A stretch of 49,227 bases of DNA from Methanospirillum sp. (lineage in GTDB: Archaea > Halobacteriota > Methanomicrobia > Methanomicrobiales > Methanospirillaceae). Position 1 is the stretch's first letter. Each line of letters opens with the position of its first letter. A program made the translations under genes and the position numbers. Positions 38,889 through 49,227 of the stretch are shown piece by piece. The DNA is taken from contig NZ_DATMYY010000291.1 of assembly GCF_035560735.1 (NCBI RefSeq), positions 1 to 49,227 on the forward strand. Reading direction: 5' to 3'. The notes beneath the pieces are model-generated. The model worked only from the letters and a program-made list of their open reading frames with translations. It was not told where the DNA came from and made no database searches.

Positions 38889-40082
38889 TCAATACAGACC
38901 GGACATGACAAGAAATGCGAAGACCAGCAATAACATTCCGGTAAACAATCTAAACCTTCCCGGATTCCTTCCTGACCCTTCATCAGTATCTTCCGCCGGA
39001 ATCCACCAATAGAAGAGCAGTGTTATCAACAGGAGTGGCATGATGAAGGCGAGATTGTACAGGAACAGATACACGAGACCCTGTACAATGTCCACCCTGA
39101 AAGATATCATATCCTGGATTGCCAGGTAAATTCCACCGGTACATGAGAGTTCAAGGACCCCGATGAGTAGACCCAGACCAAAAGCAATCAGGATGGTCAT
39201 TGTGTGCAGTTTCCCACAGAGTACCCCACAAGACCACTGTTCAGTTGTCTCGGCCACATTTGAAGAGATTATGGCATCCCTGATCCAGAGGAGTCCAGTT
39301 ACCACCGCAATTATCCCTACAATAAGAGAATAACCCCGGAGAATACCAGCGATTGCAGGAAGACTGTATATCCCGGTACCTGATACGAAGTACATGAAGT
39401 AGACAGCACATGTGAACACAATGCCTGCCAGAAGTATCCGCTGTTTCTGTCTGATGGTCATCAAAAGGATGAGTAGGAACACAAGCACTGCAGATGCGCA
39501 GGGATTTATTCCATCAACGAGTCCGGCAATGAGGACCAGGGGGATACTGATTACATTCCAGGTCCCTTTTTTGGCAGCAACTGGAGTTGAGTTCTGACCT
39601 GATAGACCGGTTTTTTTGTTCTGTCCATACCAGGTTACAAGGGTATCAAAGTTCTCCCTGATTGCAGACTCTCCCTCAAGGCCCGCATTACCAATGAAGA
39701 CCGAGGGAACCGAGACATACTGGCGGTGATATTCTGTCTTGTACTGTTCGAACAGAACCTTGCTCTCACTGCTATTGAAGAGATCGTAAGAGGTGATCAC
39801 CACTCCGGGATGGGCAGCACTGTATTCGTTGAGGTAGGTCATCGCAAGATGACAGGCACCACAGTGCGTGTTATAAAAAAAAGTTGCAGAGTAGTCTCCG
39901 GGAGTGGTATTTGGATCAGAGAGGATCGTTTCTACAGGATGATCACTGACCACATCACTTCCGTTTTTGAAAAAGACACCTGCAGAAACAGGTCCGGTAC
40001 AGAGTATCAGCACAATAAGCAGACCGGTCAGCACAGAGGCAAGAACCCAGTCATGGTGCTGACAAGACTGCTTTACACTCAT
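38889..40082 (-). CDS. Thioredoxin-fold (CxxC) plus CcdA/DsbD-like transmembrane redox protein
   Basis: Signal peptide, HCGACH, SVPSVFIG, AGLVDGINPCA, LELSCTGGIYL, YLFLYNLAFIMPL. Confidence 0.8.
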   Translation of the reverse strand: MSVKQSCQHHDWVLASVLTGLLIVLILCTGPVSAGVFFKNGSDVVSDHPVETILSDPNTTPGDYSATFFYNTHCGACHLAMTYLNEYSAAHPGVVITSYDLFNSSESKVLFEQYKTEYHRQYVSVPSVFIGNAGLEGESAIRENFDTLVTWYGQNKKTGLSGQNSTPVAAKKGTWNVISIPLVLIAGLVDGINPCASAVLVFLLILLMTIRQKQRILLAGIVFTCAVYFMYFVSGTGIYSLPAIAGILRGYSLIVGIIAVVTGLLWIRDAIISSNVAETTEQWSCGVLCGKLHTMTILIAFGLGLLIGVLELSCTGGIYLAIQDMISFRVDIVQGLVYLFLYNLAFIMPLLLITLLFYWWIPAEDTDEGSGRNPGRFRLFTGMLLLVFAFLVMSGLY

Positions 40083-40966
40083 CAGAGACCGACCTCTTTC
40101 ATGGTGATCATGGTACCTACACCTTCTGATGTAAAGAGTTCAAGGATAAGATTGTGGCCGATATTCCCGTTGATGATATGGGAGTATGGCACACCATCCT
40201 GAATTGCATGTAGGACAGCCTGGACCTTAGGGATCATTCCTTCTGACACCACACCAGTTGTTATCAGATGCTCTGCTTCTGACTTGGTGACCTGACGGAA
40301 GACCTTTGTCCGCTCCTTATCCATGATCCCGTCAACATCAGTCATACTGATAAACTTATAGGCTTTGAGCGCGATTGCAATCTCACCTGCGGCTGTATCT
40401 GCATTGATGTTGAGATCATTGCCTGCACGATCAATCGCAAGAGGAGCTATGACCGGAACATATCCATTGTCAAGCAGGGTGTTCAGGATATCAGGATTGA
40501 TCGTCTCAATCTCTCCCACATGACCAAGATCGACCTCTTCTTCTCTGTTGTTTACCCGAACACGCTGCCTTTCCATCTTGCGTGCTATGATCAAATTTGC
40601 ATCGTTGCCTGAGATCCCAATTGCTTTTCCCCCTGCCTTTGAGATCAGGGACACAATATTGGTGTTGATCTTGCCGACAAGAACCATCTGGGCTACTTCC
40701 AGAGTCTCATCATCAGTAATCCTAAGACCGCCAACGAACTTTGGCTCTTTTCCAAGGGCCTTCATCTTTTCAGTGATCTCAGGGCCTCCGCCATGAACCA
40801 GAACAACCTTGATCCCGACCAGCTGAAGCAGAACCACATCACTGACCACGGTATCAAGAATCTCCCCTTCAACCATGGCATGACCACCGAGTTTGATCAC
40901 CATGGTCCTGCCGTGAAACTTGCGTATATAGGGCAGGGCCTCCATGAGGACGTCTTCGCGTTTCAT
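40082..40966 (-). CDS. argB: Acetylglutamate kinase
   Basis: [32 protein letters not shown]; ATG 40966 overlaps the argJ stop. Confidence 0.95.
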   Translation of the reverse strand: MKREDVLMEALPYIRKFHGRTMVIKLGGHAMVEGEILDTVVSDVVLLQLVGIKVVLVHGGGPEITEKMKALGKEPKFVGGLRITDDETLEVAQMVLVGKINTNIVSLISKAGGKAIGISGNDANLIIARKMERQRVRVNNREEEVDLGHVGEIETINPDILNTLLDNGYVPVIAPLAIDRAGNDLNINADTAAGEIAIALKAYKFISMTDVDGIMDKERTKVFRQVTKSEAEHLITTGVVSEGMIPKVQAVLHAIQDGVPYSHIINGNIGHNLILELFTSEGVGTMITMKEVGL

Positions 40967-42123
40967 GTTGTGTACTTTCCGTTTATCTCGACATATTTCT
41001 CGGTCAGGTCGCATCCCCATGCAATAGCCTTACCATTTCCTGCAGCCAGGTCAAGTTCTATCTGAACCTCGCGTCCAGCAAGCGAGGCTTTAGCAGTGCT
41101 CAGATCCTCTGTAAGCACTCCCCTCTCACAGACTGCTGCTTTGAGTCCTGATCCTGCTATCCAGCAGGAAACCTTCTCTGGATCAAACTCAGCACCAGAG
41201 CGCCCTGCTGCTGCAACAATCCGCCCCCAGTTCGGATCTTCACCATAAATCGCTGTCTTGACCAGCGGAGAACCAACAACAGTTCTGGCAACAAGATCTG
41301 CTTCATCCTCACTGCGGGCGCCCCGTACAATTACCTCGATCAATTTGGTCGCACCTTCACCATCGCTAGCAACCTGTCGCCCGAGGCTGACACAGCATTC
41401 CTCAAGTGCTGCTGTAAACTCATTCAGTGGCACTTTTCCGGCAGCACCGGTTGCGGTACAGAAGACAACATCGTTGGTGCTCGTGTCCCCATCCACAACT
41501 ACCCGGTTAAAACTCCTCTTAACCGCCGTCTTCAGAGCGGTCTGAAGATCTGATGCACTGATCTCTACATCGGTATAGACGTACCCGAGCATGGTCCCCA
41601 TATTGGGGGCTATCATTCCAGAACCCTTGCAGATGCCACCAACGGTAAATCCTTCACGGGTTACACGAGAGTGCTTCTCAACAAGGTCAGTTGTCATGAT
41701 CGCTTTTGCAGCACTGATCTCTGCAGAAGGGCTGTGCTCAAGAAGAGGAGCAATCCGGTGGCACTGGTCCCTGATGAGAGGAAGGTCAAGGTACCTGCTG
41801 ATTACTCCAGTGCTTGCGACTCCAACCTCAAGCGGATCGAGTGAGAGTTCTTCTGCAGCGATTGAAGCCATCTCCCCCGCATTATCAATACCCCGCTGCC
41901 CGGTCAGGGCATTTGCACATCCGCTATTTGAAATAATTGCTGCAAGCCGTCCTCGTTTTATCCGTTCCTGCATCAGGATGATCGGGCCTGCACGGGCGAT
42001 ATTCTTTGTAAAAGCAGCAGCTGCAGTACCCTCTGCCTTAATTAGGGCAAGGCCATACTTCCCTTCCTTGATGCCTGCTGCAGTCACACCATCAACTGAA
42101 CAGATAGACTGCATCTCACTCAT
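40963..42123 (-). CDS. argJ: Ornithine acetyltransferase
   Basis: [53 protein letters not shown]. Confidence 0.95.
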   Translation of the reverse strand: MSEMQSICSVDGVTAAGIKEGKYGLALIKAEGTAAAAFTKNIARAGPIILMQERIKRGRLAAIISNSGCANALTGQRGIDNAGEMASIAAEELSLDPLEVGVASTGVISRYLDLPLIRDQCHRIAPLLEHSPSAEISAAKAIMTTDLVEKHSRVTREGFTVGGICKGSGMIAPNMGTMLGYVYTDVEISASDLQTALKTAVKRSFNRVVVDGDTSTNDVVFCTATGAAGKVPLNEFTAALEECCVSLGRQVASDGEGATKLIEVIVRGARSEDEADLVARTVVGSPLVKTAIYGEDPNWGRIVAAAGRSGAEFDPEKVSCWIAGSGLKAAVCERGVLTEDLSTAKASLAGREVQIELDLAAGNGKAIAWGCDLTEKYVEINGKYTT

Positions 42124-42604
42124 GAGCGTCCGTTCCTTTTCCGCCTGAAATCGCCCAGACAATATCTTCCCTGGTGATGATGCCTTTCAGAATCTCACCG
42201 CTCACTACCGCAAGCCGGTCGATCTTCTTTTTGAGCATGAGATCTGCAGCAGCCTCAATATCCTCTTCAGATGTTATGGTTATGATCGGGCTGCTCATGA
42301 TCGTTCCCACCTTTTTACTGCCAATATCAGTGAGGGCCTCTTTGGTGCGTTCCCAGTTTATGAACTCACGAATCGGGAGTTCTATCACCTCAAGCGGTGA
42401 TGGAAGCCAGAGGTCATCAGACGGACCTTTCGTCATGAGAAGTTTCAGCAGATCGGTTTCAGTCACCATTCCTGCGAGACGGGTTCCATCCATCACCGGA
42501 ATACCTCCGATATGTTTCGTCCTCATCACTCCCCCGATTGAAGAGACAGTGTCATCAACACTGCAGGTCACCGGGTCCGGGGTCATTGCATCCTTTACTA
42601 ACAT
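42116..42604 (-). CDS. CBS-domain protein
   Basis: VKDAMTPDPVT, GMVTETD, GIITRED tandem CBS pair. Confidence 0.9.
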   Translation of the reverse strand: MLVKDAMTPDPVTCSVDDTVSSIGGVMRTKHIGGIPVMDGTRLAGMVTETDLLKLLMTKGPSDDLWLPSPLEVIELPIREFINWERTKEALTDIGSKKVGTIMSSPIITITSEEDIEAAADLMLKKKIDRLAVVSGEILKGIITREDIVWAISGGKGTDAHE

Positions 42605-42611
42605 TGTTACT

Positions 42612-43598
42612 CTACGGCAGAATCGCCGGACTCCATAATCCTTCTGTCTCGTTGAATCCGCACATGAGATTCATATTCTGTATTGCCTGTCCGCTAGCAC
42701 CCTTGACCAGATTGTCTATTGCCGATACAACAACAACCCGTTCTTCTGATGCTTCTACCATCAGATCGCAGAAGTTAGACCCACGTACCGAGTTCAGGGA
42801 TGGGCGCTGGTACCTGACAAAGGGTTCGCCTTTATAGTAATCATGGTAGAGCCGCTCCACTTCCCTCTGTTCCATCGGCTCATTCAGAAGTATATGAGCA
42901 GTGGTCAGGATACCACGGTTTACAGGGAGGAGATGGGGAGTGAAATATGCCTTAGCTCCTGACTTTAAAAATCCAATCTCCTGACGCATTTCAGCAAGAT
43001 GCCGGTGACTCGTCCATTTATACGCAATGAAATTGTCTCCTACATTTGGATAATGAGATCCTTCAGAAGCATTGTCTCCCATTCCAGAGACCCCTGACTT
43101 TGAATCATAAATGATCGTGTGAGCACGTCCTGCAAGAGGTGCTGCTGCCAGAGTGGCACCAGTAGGGAAGCACCCTGGGTTTGCAACAAAGGATGCATTT
43201 TTACACTGATTACGGTGTAGTTCACAGAGTCCGTACGGAGCCGGGAAGTATGCAGTATGAGGGACCCCGTACACCTTTTCGAACACATCCTTTGGAAGAC
43301 GGTAGTCAGCTGAGAGATCAACGACTTTTATCCCCTGTTCAACCATGGAAGGGGCATATGCCATTGCCGCTGTATGAGGTACTGCCAGGAAGGCAACATC
43401 CACGTCTATGGATGCGATTTCCGGGTTTGTAAAGGTCAGATCAGTAAACCCGGTGAGGTGGGGATGCCGGGAGGTCACCGGTTTTCCGGCCAGCTGCCGG
43501 GAGGTTGCACAGACAACTTCGGCTCGGGGATGTGTATGCAGGAGCCGGAAGAGCTCCCCCCCGGTATAGCCGGAAGCGCCGATAATGGCAACTTTCAT
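42612..43598 (-). CDS. argC: N-acetyl-gamma-glutamyl-phosphate reductase
   Basis: [44 protein letters not shown]. Confidence 0.95.
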   Translation of the reverse strand: MKVAIIGASGYTGGELFRLLHTHPRAEVVCATSRQLAGKPVTSRHPHLTGFTDLTFTNPEIASIDVDVAFLAVPHTAAMAYAPSMVEQGIKVVDLSADYRLPKDVFEKVYGVPHTAYFPAPYGLCELHRNQCKNASFVANPGCFPTGATLAAAPLAGRAHTIIYDSKSGVSGMGDNASEGSHYPNVGDNFIAYKWTSHRHLAEMRQEIGFLKSGAKAYFTPHLLPVNRGILTTAHILLNEPMEQREVERLYHDYYKGEPFVRYQRPSLNSVRGSNFCDLMVEASEERVVVVSAIDNLVKGASGQAIQNMNLMCGFNETEGLWSPAILP

Positions 43599-43819
43599 AT
43601 TATCAATATCTGCTCTGCATCGGGTATTAACCTCCCTTCCCTTCTTCAGAGTCACCATCCAGACATAAGGCTTGAAAATGGATCCGAATGGCTGATGAGA
43701 GGGTGTTTATCGCATTGCAACCAAATGTTTATTGACGTAAATATCAGGTTACGCTCCTTTCCTTCACTAGTGAGAGAGACAGATATCAGAACACCAGGCA
43801 TGAGAGAACTCCTCCATAT

Positions 43820-46492
43820 ATGACATCATCCCAGGAATCAGGCAATGGTCTGCGCGAAAAGCCGGGAAAGGTAACCCCGGCAATGCAGCAGTTTTACGAG
43901 GCTAAACGACAGTACCCGGATTGCATCATTTTTTTCCGGATGGGTGATTTTTACGAGACCTTCTGTGAGGATGCGGAGATATGCTCCAGAGAGATGGAGA
44001 TTACACTTACGTCCCGTGGAAGGATGCCTGACGGCCAGGATATTCCGCTTGCTGGTATCCCGTATCATGCACTTGATGGGTATCTTTCCCGGATGATAAG
44101 CCGGGGATACAAGGTTGCCATCTGCGAGCAGATCGAAGACCCCAAGAAGGCAAAAGGGATTGTAAAACGGGATGTTGTTAGGGTGGTCACACCGGGAACC
44201 GTGATAGATGCTGCCCTTCTCCCGGGAGAAGGAGCCCGTTACCTGATGGCAGCAGTCCTTGATAAGAAACGAAAGCGGATAGGCATAGCATTTCTCGATA
44301 TTTCAACAGGAGATTTTCAGATATCAGAAGTGCCTGCTGAAGGGCACGGTGAGGAACTGAGAGCGGAGGCGGTCAGGTTCAGGCCTGCCGAGTGCATTAC
44401 ACCAAAAGGGGCTGAACAGGAGATAGAGGGAAAACTAAACCGCCTTATTCCTCTCATATCACCACAGGATATCTCCCTCTTTGATCATCAGGCGGCAGAG
44501 GATCTCCTCTGCCGGCAGTTCAGTATGCAATCATTGGATTCTCTTGGTTGTTGCGATATTCCTGCAGCCACAGTCGCTGCAGGAGCCGCACTTGCGTATG
44601 CCCAGAAGACACAGTTCGATCCTCTTTCACATATCAGATCCCTCTCACGAAATCTACAGTCAGAGTATCTTGTGCTTGATGCAGTCACTCTCAGGAACCT
44701 TGAGATTGTCTCAAACATTCGTGATCGAACTGAAGAGGGAACACTGGTTAAAACCATTGATATGACCCAGACCCCCATGGGGAGGCGTCTGCTCAGGCGA
44801 TGGATAACTGCACCGTTAAAATCAGTCGAAGCCGTAAACCAGCGCCTTGATGCAGTGGAATTTTTTACTCATGAAACTCTTTTGCGCCAGGACCTCAGGC
44901 AACTCCTTTACAGGTATGCAGATCTTGAACGCATTGCCGGCAGAATATCATTTGGAAATGCAAGCCCGCGTGACCTGGTAACATTAAGTAATGGCCTCAC
45001 TGCGGCTTTATCTGTCAGGGAACTCTTTGATAGTCTTGCAGATACCCCTGAATCGATCAAGAAGTCAGTCAATGGAATTTCGGATCTTCAGACTCTTGTC
45101 ACCCTGATCGGACAGGCCATCGTGGACGAACCACCTCTTTTGATAAGAAAAGGTGGAGTCATCAGGGATGGATACCACGAAGAGCTCGACCGGCTCCGGT
45201 TGATCTCAAGGGATGGACGTCAGTGGGTCGCCGACCTGGAGCAGCAGGAGAAAGAGCGGACCGGGATAAAGTCACTAAAGATCAAGTATAACGCAGTTTT
45301 CGGATTTTTCATAGAAATCACCAAAGCAAATCTATCATCAGTCCCTGATGATTATGAACGCCGCCAGACAACAGCAAATGGTGAGCGATTTACAATACCA
45401 GCTCTTCGTGAAGTAGAGTCACAGATAGCAACCGCTGATGAACGCCTGTTAAGTCTGGAAGAGGAACTCTATACTGCCCTTCTTGCTACTCTGCGTGAGC
45501 ATGTCTTGGCTCTTCAGGAGACAGCCCATTCAATCGCAAGAATCGATCTCTTTGCGGGTCTCGCTGAATCTGCACTAAAATTCAGGTACGTGAGACCCCA
45601 CCTGACTGATGAGCCTGTTCTTCTGGTACGGGAGGGACGTCATCCGGTTGTAGAAGCCTCGCTAGAGACAGGTTTTGTGCCAAATGATGCAGAAATGAGT
45701 GCTTCTGGTGAGCAGATCCTGATCATCACAGGTGCAAACATGGCTGGAAAGTCCACGTATATGCGAAGTGTTGCTCTGATCATTGTTATGGCACAGATGG
45801 GGAGTTTTGTCCCTGCAACATACGCAAAAGTGGGCCTCGTAGATCGGATTTTTACCAGGGTCGGGGCGTTTGATGACCTCGCAAGCGGGCAGAGTACATT
45901 CATGGTGGAGATGCTCGAACTCGCCACAATCATGAACCACGCAACTGATCAGAGTTTGGTAATTCTCGACGAGATCGGGAGAGGTACCAGCACGCTTGAC
46001 GGGTACTGTATTGCCAGGTCAGTGCTTGAGCACCTGCATGGAAAGAAGAGTAAAGGGCCGAGAACCCTCTTCGCTACCCATTTCCATGAACTCGTCGGAG
46101 TGGAAGAGGATCTGAAAAGGGTGCGAAACTGCCACTTTGCAGTCAGGGAAACAGATAAAGATGTGGTATTTCTTAGGAAACTTATACCCGGTGCAACCGA
46201 CCGCAGTTATGGTATCCACGTAGCATCACTTGCGGGAGTTCCTGCTCCCGTGATCATGCGTGCTGAAGATCTGATGAAGAAGGTCATGAGGGGAGAGGAG
46301 TCTCCGGGGGGTGGTGTGAAAAGATATACACAGATGATCCTGCTCGATGCACCCGCTGCCCCTTCAGCCATGGCACCAGAACCTGATCCCATCAGGGAAG
46401 AACTAGATTCAATAGATGTGAACTCGCTCACTCCTCTTCAGGCCCTCTCCCTGCTTGCTGATCTTAAGAACAGGACAAAGGATCCACAGTGA
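43820..46492 (+). CDS. mutS: DNA mismatch repair protein MutS (MutS1)
   Basis: FFRMGDFYE mismatch-binding motif, GANMAGKST, STFMVEM, DEIGRGTST, FATHFHEL, SYGIHVA. Confidence 0.97.
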   Translation: MTSSQESGNGLREKPGKVTPAMQQFYEAKRQYPDCIIFFRMGDFYETFCEDAEICSREMEITLTSRGRMPDGQDIPLAGIPYHALDGYLSRMISRGYKVAICEQIEDPKKAKGIVKRDVVRVVTPGTVIDAALLPGEGARYLMAAVLDKKRKRIGIAFLDISTGDFQISEVPAEGHGEELRAEAVRFRPAECITPKGAEQEIEGKLNRLIPLISPQDISLFDHQAAEDLLCRQFSMQSLDSLGCCDIPAATVAAGAALAYAQKTQFDPLSHIRSLSRNLQSEYLVLDAVTLRNLEIVSNIRDRTEEGTLVKTIDMTQTPMGRRLLRRWITAPLKSVEAVNQRLDAVEFFTHETLLRQDLRQLLYRYADLERIAGRISFGNASPRDLVTLSNGLTAALSVRELFDSLADTPESIKKSVNGISDLQTLVTLIGQAIVDEPPLLIRKGGVIRDGYHEELDRLRLISRDGRQWVADLEQQEKERTGIKSLKIKYNAVFGFFIEITKANLSSVPDDYERRQTTANGERFTIPALREVESQIATADERLLSLEEELYTALLATLREHVLALQETAHSIARIDLFAGLAESALKFRYVRPHLTDEPVLLVREGRHPVVEASLETGFVPNDAEMSASGEQILIITGANMAGKSTYMRSVALIIVMAQMGSFVPATYAKVGLVDRIFTRVGAFDDLASGQSTFMVEMLELATIMNHATDQSLVILDEIGRGTSTLDGYCIARSVLEHLHGKKSKGPRTLFATHFHELVGVEEDLKRVRNCHFAVRETDKDVVFLRKLIPGATDRSYGIHVASLAGVPAPVIMRAEDLMKKVMRGEESPGGGVKRYTQMILLDAPAAPSAMAPEPDPIREELDSIDVNSLTPLQALSLLADLKNRTKDPQ

Positions 46493-48276
46493 CAGAAATG
46501 GGTAATCCCCATATCCGGCTACTAGACGGCGATACAATCAATCAGATAGCAGCAGGTGAAGTGGTTGAACGTCCTGCATCTATTGTTAAGGAACTCATTG
46601 AAAATGCCATTGATGCCGGAGCAACCACAATTACTGTTGAGATTAATTCAAACAGGAAAGAGGTTACCAGGATACGCATTATTGATGACGGCTGTGGCAT
46701 ACCAACAGATGAAGTTACACTAGCCTTCTCTCCTCATGCAACAAGCAAGATCCAGACTGTAGAGGATCTAAATACCTGTCTTACGCTTGGGTTCAGGGGA
46801 GAGGCACTTGCCAGCATCGCTGCCATCGCATACGTGACCGTGGTAACCCGTTCGAAGGATGAAGATGCAGGAACCCGCCTGATTATCAGCGGGGGGGAGA
46901 TCCTTGAGCATGGTGCAACAGGCGCACCTGTCGGAACAAACCTGACAGTGGAAGAGATCTTTTTTACCACTCCTGCACGGAGAAAATTTCTCAAGAGCCT
47001 TGCCACAGAACTCTCCCGGATATCATCGGTGATCGAGGTATTCAGCCTTTTGTACCCGGAACTAACCTTCAGATACCTCCTAAACGGACAGGAAAAATCC
47101 ACCAGTCATGGAACCAGGACCCTCGAAGAGGTACTGCGGGCGCTGAGGCCTGATGAAGCAGGACAGATGATCAAGGTAAGTGGAGAAGAGAATGGAATTT
47201 CCCTGGAAGGATACATCTCACATCCAGAACTTATCAGGCAGAACACCCAGCGGATCCTGGTTGCGGTCAACGGTAGAATGATTGTCTCATCACGCATTTC
47301 CGGGGCAATACGATCAGGGTATGGTACACTTATCCCGTCACATTCGTTTCCAGTTGCGATTCTGAAAATAGATCTGGATCCTGCCCGTGTTGATACAAAT
47401 ATCCATCCGACCAAACGGGAGATCAGAATATCTGATGAACCTGAGTTTCTCAGGTTCATCGCTACTAGAGTCAAAGAAGCACTGCAGAACCAGGATCTCT
47501 CTCATTCAGGTGTATCCATTAAGAGTGAACTCCATCTTGTGGCTGATGATAAAGAGAATCAAAGCCCGGGCCAAATATACCGGATATCTGAAACACCAGC
47601 GCAGCGTGTCTGTGAGGCTACCCTTGCCGGATACCGTACAACTGCACGACAACTCAGGCAGACTCGTCTTTTGATGGAACCTACAGGAGCAGAAGAAGAA
47701 TCACAGTTCCCTACTCTGAACTATATCGGGCAGGTTGCTGCAACCTATCTTCTGGCTTCAAATAGTTCAGGTGATCTAATCCTCATCGATCAACATGCAG
47801 CCCATGAACGGATCAGATATGACCAATTAAAAAGGGAACAGAGAGAGGGAACCCTCTCACAAGAGTTGCTCGTTCCCATCGTTCTCCAGTTAAGCACATC
47901 AGAAGTCCATCTTCTCAGTGAGATCAGACCAGATCTCGAAAAGGAAGGATTTCACCTTGAACCGTTTGGGAAAGATACCTGGTGTGTGAGAAGTGTTCCA
48001 GTTGTACTTGGACGGTGTGAGGACCCTGATGCAATAAAGGAGATCATCTCCAGTGCGCTTGGTGGAGGACAAGAGAACAGGATGAGTGAATCTGTCTCCC
48101 GAATGGTTGCCTGCCGTGGCGCAGTAAAGGCAGGGGTCATCCTTACACCAGAACAGGGAGAGGAGATCATCAGCCAACTCTCCCGCACCTCTGAACCATA
48201 TACCTGTCCACATGGAAGACCCACTATCGTTTCATTCACCAGGTCAAAACTTGAAGAACTTTTCAGGAGGAGATGA
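46489..48276 (+). CDS. mutL: DNA mismatch repair endonuclease MutL
   Basis: IAAGEVVERPASIVKELIEN, GFRGEAL, DQHAAHER, ACR, CPHGRP. Confidence 0.97.
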   Translation: MTEMGNPHIRLLDGDTINQIAAGEVVERPASIVKELIENAIDAGATTITVEINSNRKEVTRIRIIDDGCGIPTDEVTLAFSPHATSKIQTVEDLNTCLTLGFRGEALASIAAIAYVTVVTRSKDEDAGTRLIISGGEILEHGATGAPVGTNLTVEEIFFTTPARRKFLKSLATELSRISSVIEVFSLLYPELTFRYLLNGQEKSTSHGTRTLEEVLRALRPDEAGQMIKVSGEENGISLEGYISHPELIRQNTQRILVAVNGRMIVSSRISGAIRSGYGTLIPSHSFPVAILKIDLDPARVDTNIHPTKREIRISDEPEFLRFIATRVKEALQNQDLSHSGVSIKSELHLVADDKENQSPGQIYRISETPAQRVCEATLAGYRTTARQLRQTRLLMEPTGAEEESQFPTLNYIGQVAATYLLASNSSGDLILIDQHAAHERIRYDQLKREQREGTLSQELLVPIVLQLSTSEVHLLSEIRPDLEKEGFHLEPFGKDTWCVRSVPVVLGRCEDPDAIKEIISSALGGGQENRMSESVSRMVACRGAVKAGVILTPEQGEEIISQLSRTSEPYTCPHGRPTIVSFTRSKLEELFRRR

Positions 48277-48327
48277 AGTCTCCGTCTTTGATGTAATTCT
48301 TTCAGCGATATTGGGAGAATATATCCA

Positions 48328-49191
48328 TTGACTCAACACCAACTCGAAACTGGGGTCGTCCATACCTTCCAGGGTTCTGATCCTGATGATATAGAAGCGT
48401 TTGTTGATATTATCCGTGGGTTTTACACCAGAATGAGGCGCCCCATGCCATGGCGCGATGAGATAACCCAATACAGGGTCGTAGTGTCTGAGATCATGCT
48501 TCAACAGACCCAGGTTTCGAGAGTTATGGAAAAATTCCCTCTTTTTATTAGCAGGTTCCCGAATTTTATATCTCTCGCTGATGCTTCTCTGACAGATGTA
48601 CTGGTAACATGGCAGGGCCTTGGGTATAATAGAAGGGCAAAGTATCTACATGGATTCGCGCGTTCGGTTGTAAACGACTGGAACGGTGCGCTCCCCGCAG
48701 ATCCAGAAATCCTGGTAACATTTCCCGGAATAGGCAGCGCTACTGCGGGCTCGATCACTGCTTTTGCCTTCAACAAACCCGTTGTTTTTATTGAAACCAA
48801 CATCAGACGGGTGTTTATTCATCATTTTTTTGCTGGTAAGGAGAAGATTGCGGATTCAGAAATTCGTCCCCTTGTAGAGAAAACACTAGATCATGGGAAT
48901 CCCCGTGAATGGTATTATGCTCTTATGGACTACGGTACCTGGCTTGCCGGGAGGATTGAAAACCCAAACAGAAAAAGCAGCCATTATTCCAGACAATCGG
49001 CGTTTAATGGGTCAGATCGCCAAATCAGAAGTTCTCTTCTTAAAAAATTGCTTGCTACAAAAAGTTCACCCCTTGAGGAAATAATACAAAATTCCGAAGA
49101 GGATACACAGAGAATGAGACGAATAATTGCAGGTATGGTCAAGGAAGGGCTTCTCTGTATAAATAACGGAATCATAACGGTTGCAGAATAA
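48328..49191 (+). CDS. MutY-like HhH-GPD adenine glycosylase lacking the Fe-S motif
   Basis: MPWR, VSEIMLQQTQV, WQGLGYNRRA, FPGIG HhH, ALMDYG; no cysteine cluster. Confidence 0.85.
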   Translation: MTQHQLETGVVHTFQGSDPDDIEAFVDIIRGFYTRMRRPMPWRDEITQYRVVVSEIMLQQTQVSRVMEKFPLFISRFPNFISLADASLTDVLVTWQGLGYNRRAKYLHGFARSVVNDWNGALPADPEILVTFPGIGSATAGSITAFAFNKPVVFIETNIRRVFIHHFFAGKEKIADSEIRPLVEKTLDHGNPREWYYALMDYGTWLAGRIENPNRKSSHYSRQSAFNGSDRQIRSSLLKKLLATKSSPLEEIIQNSEEDTQRMRRIIAGMVKEGLLCINNGIITVAE

Positions 49192-49227
49192 AATATGATT
49201 AATTGGCATTATCTTCGACAATTACCT

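Noticed and set aside
39820-39880. CxxCH heme-binding motif (CGACH) suggesting a c-type cytochrome
   Set aside because: The context (FFYNTHCGACH..., later SVPSVFIG) is a thioredoxin/glutaredoxin fold fused to a CcdA-like domain.
1-49227. Many 60-200 aa alternative-frame and antisense ORFs in the ORF track (e.g. 9067..9657, 41591..42148, 34850..35401)
   Set aside because: They overlap well-supported genes and show no recognisable motifs, so they are shadow ORFs.
1-49227. CRISPR array, tRNA/rRNA genes, transposase or integrase
   Set aside because: By eye I saw no regularly spaced direct repeats, cloverleaf motifs or recombinase/transposase ORFs.

Overview
The window is archaeal and most consistent with a Methanomicrobiales methanogen (Methanospirillum-like). 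The evidence is an F420H2:NADP+ oxidoreductase, a split GMP synthase, FEN1 with a PIP box, archease/RtcB, a multi-PKD surface protein and bacterial-type MutS/MutL. It is mostly dense housekeeping DNA: secDF-trx-fno-aldolase, archease-rtcB, a birA-bioY-ECF-pycBA biotin cluster, nog1, a presenilin homolog, fen1, pyrG-guaA-argD-hisC-adk6, hisD, argC-CBS-argJ-argB and mutS-mutL-mutY-like. I saw no tRNA, rRNA, CRISPR array or transposase. The most unusual element is a translationally coupled GT2 glycosyltransferase / large TPR-like protein / BrxD-like (DUF2791) ATPase module with no other BREX genes nearby. Other oddities are a small acidic protein ending in a PIP-box-like motif, structured intergenic leaders (nog1, fen1, pyrG, pycB), a divergent orphan CheW pair, a clusterless MutY-like glycosylase and a frameshifted iron-sulfur flavoprotein pseudogene. 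All family calls come from motif recognition by eye, not from database searches.
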